Shown here: piece by piece, positions 57,984 through 64,000 of the stretch | Layout of the letters: the number at the start of each line of letters is the position of its first letter | How positions within the stretch are numbered: the stretch's first letter is position 1 | Source of the DNA: an uncultured Actinomycetota bacterium | GTDB lineage: Bacteria; Actinomycetota; Actinomycetes; Mycobacteriales; SCTD01 | DNA: 64,000 nt | Direction: 5' to 3' | Assembly (NCBI GenBank): GCA_963784705.1 | Contig: CAWASC010000008.1 | Span: forward strand, 292,334 to 356,333 | Notes under the pieces: generated by a model | Database searches by the model: none | Seen by the model: only the letters and a program-made list of their open reading frames with translations | What the model was told of the DNA's origin: nothing | Position numbers and translations under genes: made by a program

Positions 57984-60458
57984 CTATCCAGGGACGATGT
58001 TGACGAGCTTCGGCGCACGGACGATGACGGTCCGCGGCGCGACGCCGCCGAGCAGGTCGACGACCTTCTCCGACGCCAGGGCCAGGGCCCGCAGGTCGTC
58101 CTCGCTGATGCCCGGCGGGACCTCGAGCTTGTCGCGCACCTTGCCCGCGACCTGCACGACGCAGGTCACCAGGTCATCGACCAGCAGCGCCGGGTCGGCG
58201 GTCGGCCAGGTCGACGCGTGCACCGAGTCGCCGCTGCGGACGTCGTGACCCAGCCGGGACCAGACCTCCTCCGCGGTGTACGGCGCGTAGCAGCTCAGCA
58301 TGACCGCCAGCGCTTCCACCCCCTGGCGCAGCGACGCCGGTCCTGAGGCACCTGCGTCACAGGCCTTGCGCAGCACGTTGGTCAGCTCCATGAACCGCGC
58401 GATCGACACGTTCAGCCGGTGGTTCTCGGTCAGTCGGGTGACCTCGTCGACCGTCTTGGCCACGGCCCGGTCGACCGCCAGGTCTCGACCGTCGCCCGTC
58501 AGCGCGCCCACGTCGGTGGCCAGACGCGCGACACGAGCCAGCCACTTCACCGATCCCGCAGGAGACACGTCCGCCCAGTCGATGTCGTCCTCCGGCGGTC
58601 CGGCGAAGACGATCGAGAGGCGGACCGCGTCCACCCCGTACGCCGTCAGCTCGCCGCCCAGGTCGACGCCGTTGCCCAGGGACTTGCTCATGGCCTTGCC
58701 CTGGTTGATCACCTGACCCTGGTTCAGCAGCGCGCTGAACGGCTCGACGAAGTCGACCATGCCCATGTCGTGCAGCACCTTGGTGAAGAACCGGCTGTAC
58801 AGCAGGTGCAGGATCGCGTGCTCGACGCCGCCGACGTACTGCGCGACGGGCATCCACTCACGCACCGCCTCCACGTCGAACGGGCCCTCGGTGTAGTCCG
58901 GCGAGCAGTAGCGCAGGAAGTACCACGAGCTGTCGACGAAGGTGTCCATGGTGTCGGTGTCGCGCTGGGCCGGACCGTGGCAGGACGGGCACAGGGTCGT
59001 GACCCAGTCGGTGTTCGACGCCAGCGGAGACTGCCCCTTCGGCTGCAGCTCGGAGCCCTTCATGTCCGACGGCAGCCGCACCGGCAGCTGGTCGTCGGGA
59101 ACGGCGACCTCACCGCAGTCGGGGCAGTGCACGATCGGGATGGGCGCGCCCCAGAACCGCTGGCGGGACAGCAGCCAGTCGCGCAGCCGGTAGTTGACCG
59201 CCATCTTCCCGGTGGCGCGCTCGGCCAGCACCTCGATCGCGCGGTCGATGGCCTCGACCTTGCCCAGTCCGTCCAGGGACCCGCTGTTGACCAGGACGCC
59301 GTCACCGGCCGTCGCGACACCGGTCTCGTTCGGGTCGGCCTCACCGGTGTCGACGACGACGCGCACCGGCAGGTCGAAGGCGCGCGCGAAGTCCAGGTCG
59401 CGCTGGTCGTGCGCGGGCACCGCCATGATGGCGCCGGTGCCGTAGTCGGACAGGACGTAGTCGGCAGCGAAGACCGGCAGCTCCTCACCGTTCAGCGGGT
59501 TGGTCGCCGTGACCCCCAGCGAGACCCCCGTCTTCGGTCGGTCGGTCGCCAGTCGCTCGATGTCGGTCAGTCGCTTCACCTGCTCGCGGTAGGCCTCCAG
59601 CGCCTCGCGCTGCTCCGGCGCGCACAGCTCCTCCGCCAACGCAGCGTCGGCCGCCACGACGAAGAACGTCGCGCCGTACAGCGTGTCGGGACGTGTCGTG
59701 AAGACCGTGACCTGCCGCTCGCCGATGGCGAAGTCGACGTGCGCGCCGACCGACCGCCCGATCCAGTTCTTCTGCATGAGCAGGACACGCTCGGGCCAGT
59801 GGCCCTCCAGCTGCGCCATGTCGTCCAGCAGCCGGTCGGCGTAGTCGGTGATCTTGAAGTACCACTGCGTCAGCTCGCGCTTGGTGACCTCGGCGTTGCA
59901 GCGCTCGCAGCGGCCGCCGACGACCTGCTCGTTGGCCAGGACCGTCTGGTCCTGCGGGCACCAGTTGACCGCGCTGTTCTTGCGGTAGGCCAGCCCCCGC
60001 TCACGAAAGCGCAGGAACAACCACTGCGTCCACCGGTAGTACTCCGGGTCGGAGGTGTGCACCCGCCGGTTCCAGTCGAAGCTGACGGCGTACCTCTTGA
60101 AGGACTCCGCCTGGGTGTCGATGTTGGCGTAGGTCCACTCCGCCGGGTGCGCGTCCCGCTTGATCGCGGCGTTCTCCGCAGGCAGGCCGAACGAGTCCCA
60201 GCCGATGGGGTGCAGGACGTCGTACCCGCGGCGCATCCAGTAGCGCGCGACGACGTCGCCGATCCCGAACGCCTCGGCATGACCCATGTGCAGGTCGCCG
60301 CTGGGGTAGGGGAACATGTCCAGGACGTACTTCTTCGGCGCCCCGGCGCGCACCCCGACCCGGTTGAGGTCGAGGTCCTGCCACACCGGCAGCCAGGTGT
60401 CCTGCACCTCGTGCGGGTCCAGGTGTCCGGGTCCGCGCTCGTCCTCGACGCTCGTCAT
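57984..60458 (-). CDS. leuS: Leucine--tRNA ligase
   Basis: ORF 57984..60620 trimmed to ATG 60458 (GGAGGAG 5 nt upstream; [22 protein letters not shown]). HIGH-type motif [11 protein letters not shown] and KMSKS ([10 protein letters not shown]). Confidence 0.95.
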   Translation of the reverse strand: MTSVEDERGPGHLDPHEVQDTWLPVWQDLDLNRVGVRAGAPKKYVLDMFPYPSGDLHMGHAEAFGIGDVVARYWMRRGYDVLHPIGWDSFGLPAENAAIKRDAHPAEWTYANIDTQAESFKRYAVSFDWNRRVHTSDPEYYRWTQWLFLRFRERGLAYRKNSAVNWCPQDQTVLANEQVVGGRCERCNAEVTKRELTQWYFKITDYADRLLDDMAQLEGHWPERVLLMQKNWIGRSVGAHVDFAIGERQVTVFTTRPDTLYGATFFVVAADAALAEELCAPEQREALEAYREQVKRLTDIERLATDRPKTGVSLGVTATNPLNGEELPVFAADYVLSDYGTGAIMAVPAHDQRDLDFARAFDLPVRVVVDTGEADPNETGVATAGDGVLVNSGSLDGLGKVEAIDRAIEVLAERATGKMAVNYRLRDWLLSRQRFWGAPIPIVHCPDCGEVAVPDDQLPVRLPSDMKGSELQPKGQSPLASNTDWVTTLCPSCHGPAQRDTDTMDTFVDSSWYFLRYCSPDYTEGPFDVEAVREWMPVAQYVGGVEHAILHLLYSRFFTKVLHDMGMVDFVEPFSALLNQGQVINQGKAMSKSLGNGVDLGGELTAYGVDAVRLSIVFAGPPEDDIDWADVSPAGSVKWLARVARLATDVGALTGDGRDLAVDRAVAKTVDEVTRLTENHRLNVSIARFMELTNVLRKACDAGASGPASLRQGVEALAVMLSCYAPYTAEEVWSRLGHDVRSGDSVHASTWPTADPALLVDDLVTCVVQVAGKVRDKLEVPPGISEDDLRALALASEKVVDLLGGVAPRTVIVRAPKLVNIVPG

Positions 60459-60513
60459 GGGTCTCCTCCGAGGGGTGCGGGTGGCGCGGGCAACAAGGGC
60501 GGGTGCGGGCAAC

Positions 60514-60539
60514 AAAAAAGCCCCCGTGGTCACGAGGGC
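60514..60539 (-). terminator. Intrinsic-terminator-like hairpin plus U6 tract inside the leuS 5' leader
   Basis: Minus strand reads GCCCUCGUGACCACGGGGGC followed by UUUUUUG: a 7-8 bp GC stem including one G-U pair, with a 4-6 nt loop. It lies ~55 nt upstream of the leuS ATG. Confidence 0.65.
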
Positions 60540-60540
60540 G

Positions 60541-60606
60541 CCGCGCTGGACCGAGGTTCGGTCAGCGCGGCTCGGGAAGGAGCGTGCTGTGCATGACCTC
60601 ACCCTA
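60541..60606 (-). promoter_or_regulatory. Candidate leuS leader: TAGGGT -10-like box, leaderless 10-codon uORF ([10 protein letters not shown]), 13-bp stem-loop
   Basis: Minus strand: TAGGGT (60606-60601), 6 nt, then ATG CAC AGC ACG CTC CTT CCC GAG CCG CGC TGA (60594-60562). The stop lies inside the stem CCGCGCTGACCGA / TCGGTCCAGCGCGG (60570-60541). Confidence 0.4.
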
Positions 60607-60629
60607 TCGCGCGCGTCCACCCACTTAAG

Positions 60630-61665
60630 GTGATGGGCGTGACCGCACCGACGCAGGAGCCCGTGGCGGCCCCTGTCGTCGAGTCACCGTGGCGGATGGC
60701 GGGCCTGCAGGCCAGGCAGCGCCGCCGGTGGTTGCTGCTGTGGACCGCCGTGCTCTTCGTCGTGATCAGCGCGCTCACCGGGTTCCCCACCGGCCGCGAG
60801 ACGCTGACGTTCTGGATGCTGGCCTTCCTGCTCGCCGCCTGCGCCGGTGACTGGGGACTGTGGCGCGCGGTCGTCGTGCGCGACTGGCTGCCTCTGCTCG
60901 CGGTGCTGTGGTCCTACGACCTGCTGCGCGGCCTGGCCAATGACGTCGGCGGGCACCTGTGGAACCTGCCGACGTACAGCGCCGGCGACGGCCGCACCGC
61001 ACGCGCGAACATGACGGAGATGATCGACCTCGACAAGGCGGTCTTCGGCGGTCACGTCCCCACCGTCTGGTTGCAGGACAGGCTCTTCACGCCCGGTCAG
61101 GTGCACTGGTGGGACGGCATCGCGGTTCCCGTGTACATGTCGCACTTCCTGGTGTCACTCGCGCTGGGCATCGTGCTGTGGTGCGTCGCCTACCCGCTGT
61201 TCCGCCGCTACCTCGCCGCGCTGGTCACGCTGACCGTCATCACGCTGGTCGACCTACCTGCTCGTACCCGGCCGCTCCCCCGTGGATGGCCGCGCTGAAC
61301 GGCAAGCTCGGCGCAGGCACCGAGATCCACCGCGTCGTGCAGGAGTCGATCGTCACGCTCGGTGGGAGCACGGCCGGGTCAGCGGTCGAGCGGGGCGCGG
61401 CCTACTCCAACCCGGTGGCCGCGATGCCGTCGCTGCATGCGGCGATCCCGATGATGCTCCTCCTGCTGTTCTTCGGCCGGGTCGGCCCAGTCCTCAAGGT
61501 CGTGCTCGTCGCCTACGCCCTCACGATGGCCTGCACGCTCGTGTACGGCGGCGAGCACTACGTCACCGACGTGCGCTCGGCTGGGTGTACGCCGCGGTCT
61601 CCGTGGTGGGTGTGAATATCTACCTGGCACGACGCGACCGCGTGGCACCGGCCGGACCTGCCTGA
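60630..61665 (+). pseudogene. PAP2_3-type (inositolphosphotransferase/IPC-synthase-like) membrane protein, two frame breaks
   Basis: N-terminal TM part is in ORF 60630..61298. The middle with AMPSLHAAIPMMLLLL and GGEHYVTDV is in ORF 60959..61615. The tail LGWVYAAVSVVGVNIYLARR is in ORF 61282..61665. Both steps are -1 in phase. Confidence 0.65.
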
Positions 61666-61671
61666 CCGCGC

Positions 61672-63290
61672 TCAGACGACCGCTGTCTCCGCCATCGCCA
61701 GGTCGCCCTCGCGCTCAGCCGACCGGTGCGCCTGCAACCCGCCCTCGGTCCGCAGCGGAACCTCCTTGATGAACCAGGTGCCGACGAAGGCGACCAGCGC
61801 CACGCAGGCCATGGTGAGGAACACCGTGTGCATGCTGTCGGCGAAGCCCTCGAGGATGACGCGCTGGGCAGCCGCCGGCAGGGTGCCGAAGTTCTCGGTG
61901 TTGTCGAGCGAGACCGTGCGGATCGACTGCAGCGCTGAGCTCGGGAAGCCCGCCGCGGCGGCGCGATCGATGATGTTGCCGCGCACGGTGGAGAACAGCA
62001 GGGCCAGGCCGACCGCCGCACCGAGCGTGCCACCCATGGAGCGGAAGAACGTTACCGAGCTGGTGGACAGGCCCATGTCCTGCGGGGGCAGCGCGTTCTG
62101 CACGGCGATGACGAGCATCTGCATCGTGAGCCCGAGCCCGATGCCCACGACGACGGTGTACGCCATCACCTGCGGGATCGGGGTGTCGACGCCCAGCGTG
62201 CTGAACAGCAGCATCCCGATGATCGCGACGAAGGTGCCGACGACGGGGAACACCTTGTAGCTTCCCGGTCCGCTGCATGATGCGGCCGACGGTGAGCGAG
62301 GACCCCATGAGCCCGGCCATGAGGGCCATCATCTCGAGGCCCGCTGCGGTCGGCGACTGCTGCTTCACGATCTGCAGGTAGAGCGGCATCATCACCAGCC
62401 CGCCGAACATCGACGATCCCGACGAGGAACGACACCGTCACCGGTCACGCAGAAGACGCGGTCCCGGAAGATGCGTAGCGGCAGGATCGCGTCCTCACCC
62501 ATGTGGCGCTCCCGCGGGATGAAGCTCAGCAGGGAGACGACCGCCAGGGCGAGCATGCCGAGGGTCAGCGCGGAGCCCCAGCCCCACTCGCGGCCCTTCT
62601 CCGCCACGAGCAGGAGAGGTACGACGGTGCTCGACAGCAGGGCCGCGCCGAGGAAGTCGATGCGCCGGTCACTGCGCCGCGACGGCAGGTGCAGGTTGCG
62701 CCACACCACGTAGAAGGCGGCGGCGCCGACCGGCACGTTGAGGTAGAAGATCCAGCGCCAGCCGTCGACGCCGAGGATCGCGGCACGGCCGGCGAAGAAG
62801 CCGCCCAGGACCGGCCCGAGGACACTGGAGGTCGCGAAGACCGACGTGAAGTACGCCTGGTACTTCGCGCGCTCGCGCGGCGCCACCAGGTCGCCGATGA
62901 TCGCGAAGGCGAGCGCTCAGCAGGCCGCCGGCGCCGAGGCCCTGCAGGGCGCGCTACCCGGCGAGCTCGTAGATCGAGTGCGCCTGCCCGCACAGCACGG
63001 AGCCGAGCAGGAAGACGGCGATCGCGAACAGGTAGAACGGCTTGCGCCCGTAGAGGTCGGACAGCTTGCCGTAGAGCGGGGTGCTCACGGTCGAGGTCAC
63101 GAGGTAGGCCGTCGTGACCCAGGCCTGCGCGGTCTGTCCGTCGAGCTCGGTCCGCGATGGTCCGCATCGCGGTGGACACGATGGTCTGGTCGAGCGAGGC
63201 GAGGAACATGCCGAGCAGGAGTCCGCTGAGGATGCTCAGGATCTGCTTGTGGCTCAGGCCGCCGGGCGCAGGGGCGGTGGACGTGGTCAT
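61672..63290 (-). pseudogene. MFS drug efflux transporter (DHA2/EmrB-QacA type, 14-TMS length), five frame breaks plus an in-frame TAG
   Basis: ATG 63290 ([47 protein letters not shown]). Later pieces are found successively in four other registers (ORFs 62392..62886, 62166..62441, 61715..62410, 61672..62253). An in-frame stop sits at 62956-62954 (YELAG*RALQGLGAGG). Length 1619 minus 5 is a multiple of 3. Confidence 0.8.
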
Positions 63291-63739
63291 GCGTTCTCCA
63301 GTTGGGGGGACTCGCGGTGCAGGTCCTGGTTGAGGCGCGCGAGGCGCGCGGTGAGGTCGTGGAGGTCGGCATCGGTCCAGTCGGGCGTGACCTGGGCCAG
63401 CGAGTGGGCGCGGGCCGCGGTCAGCTGGTCGACCACGTCGTGCCCGGTCGCGGTGAGCACCAGGCGGGTCGCCCGCCGGTCGTCGGGGTCGTCCTCCCGC
63501 CGTACCCAGCCACTGCGCTCGAGGCTGCTGACCTGGCGGCTGACGCTGCTGGGGTCCAGGCCGAGGGCGCAGGCGAGCTCGGTGAGCCGGACAGGACCGA
63601 GAGCGGACAGCCGACTGAGCACGTGCGCCCCGGCGACCTCGATCAGCACGTCCGAGGCCTCGATGGCGTCGGCGGACAGCTCCTTCATACTGCGCAGCAG
63701 CGTGGACAGCTCTCCCCACAACCGCGCTCTGCTGTCCAT
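63287..63739 (-). CDS. MarR family transcriptional regulator
   Basis: ORF 63287..63823 trimmed to ATG 63739 (MDSRARLWGEL). Winged HTH LTELACALGLDPSSVSRQVSSLERSGWVRREDDPDDRRATRLVLT. ATGA overlap with the MFS start. Confidence 0.85.
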   Translation of the reverse strand: MDSRARLWGELSTLLRSMKELSADAIEASDVLIEVAGAHVLSRLSALGPVRLTELACALGLDPSSVSRQVSSLERSGWVRREDDPDDRRATRLVLTATGHDVVDQLTAARAHSLAQVTPDWTDADLHDLTARLARLNQDLHRESPQLENA

Positions 63740-63849
63740 GCGCTCCAGGAAACTACTTGCTGGCTGCAAGCACAAGTTCTCGGACGGGTGACGCTGCTCA
63801 CGCGACAACGGCAGGTCTGACACCGGGTCCGATCGGGTAGTCGGCCGGG

Positions 63850-64000
63850 GTGCCTGACCTCGACGCTGTTGCCCGCGACGTCTTCGGCTGGGAGGAGCTC
63901 CGCCCCGGTCAGGTCGAGGCGATGACTGCCGTCCTGGAGGGCAAGGACGTCCTGGCCGTGATGCCCACGGGGTCGGGCAAGAGCGCGATCTACCAGGTCC
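63850..64000 (+). CDS. recQ: RecQ family DNA helicase (first ~50 codons; continues beyond window)
   Basis: Own translation from GTG 63850: VPDLDAVARDVFGWEELRPGQVEAMTAVLEGKDVLAVMPTGSGKSAIYQV. This shows the RecQ motif 0 and Walker A. Confidence 0.75.
   Translation, partial: MPDLDAVARDVFGWEELRPGQVEAMTAVLEGKDVLAVMPTGSGKSAIYQV

Noticed and set aside
60459-60640. T-box riboswitch upstream of leuS
   Set aside because: The leader is only ~140 nt. I find no specifier-loop / stem I architecture, and no T-box consensus (AGGGTGGNACCGCG-like) adjacent to the terminator. The only AGGGTG occurs at the extreme 5' end, where it fits a -10 box better.

Overview
Very GC-rich actinobacterial chromosome segment, with a Micrococcales-like core gene order and most genes on the minus strand. 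It is largely housekeeping backbone. In coordinate order: an OYE reductase fragment, a Ski2-like helicase, a five-gene peptide ABC importer (order C-A-B-D-F), a DEAD-box helicase, a TrmH methyltransferase, ion transporters (ArsB/NhaD-type with a CBS protein, NhaA), and a GAF-GGDEF cyclase. Next come a short accessory patch (G-rich octamer microsatellite, frame-broken DUF222-HNH gene, 105-bp tandem repeat), VOC-uppS-recO, and two membrane EAL phosphodiesterases flanking a secreted beta-propeller. Then era / CDA-like / corC-type / ybeY / serine hydrolase / phoH, HIT, an ECF sigma locus, dedA, rsmE-dnaJ-hrcA with a CIRCE operator, a second DEAD-box helicase, hemW, GH16, lepA and an amidohydrolase. 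The window ends with an ATP-grasp / alpha-E / transglutaminase triad, rpsT, holA-comEC-comEA, plsY, degV, leuS, a PAP2-like gene, marR-MFS and the start of recQ. About a dozen gene junctions use 4-nt GTGA/ATGA start-stop overlaps. I see no convincing new multi-gene system such as a defence island, CRISPR array, prophage or biosynthetic cluster. The points worth a second look are: (1) three tight blocks (34.4-39.7 kb, 48.1-51.4 kb, 60.6-63.3 kb) where conserved genes carry many 1-nt frame breaks while the rest of the window is intact; (2) a candidate leaderless Leu-containing uORF plus intrinsic terminator in the leuS leader; (3) a 21-unit G-rich octamer array with G-quadruplex potential; (4) a 105-bp tandem repeat that re-copies the 3' end of the VOC gene beside the HNH pseudogene; (5) comEC running in frame into holA with no stop. 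Many long ORFs in the supplied track are high-GC antisense or off-frame artefacts and were not called.
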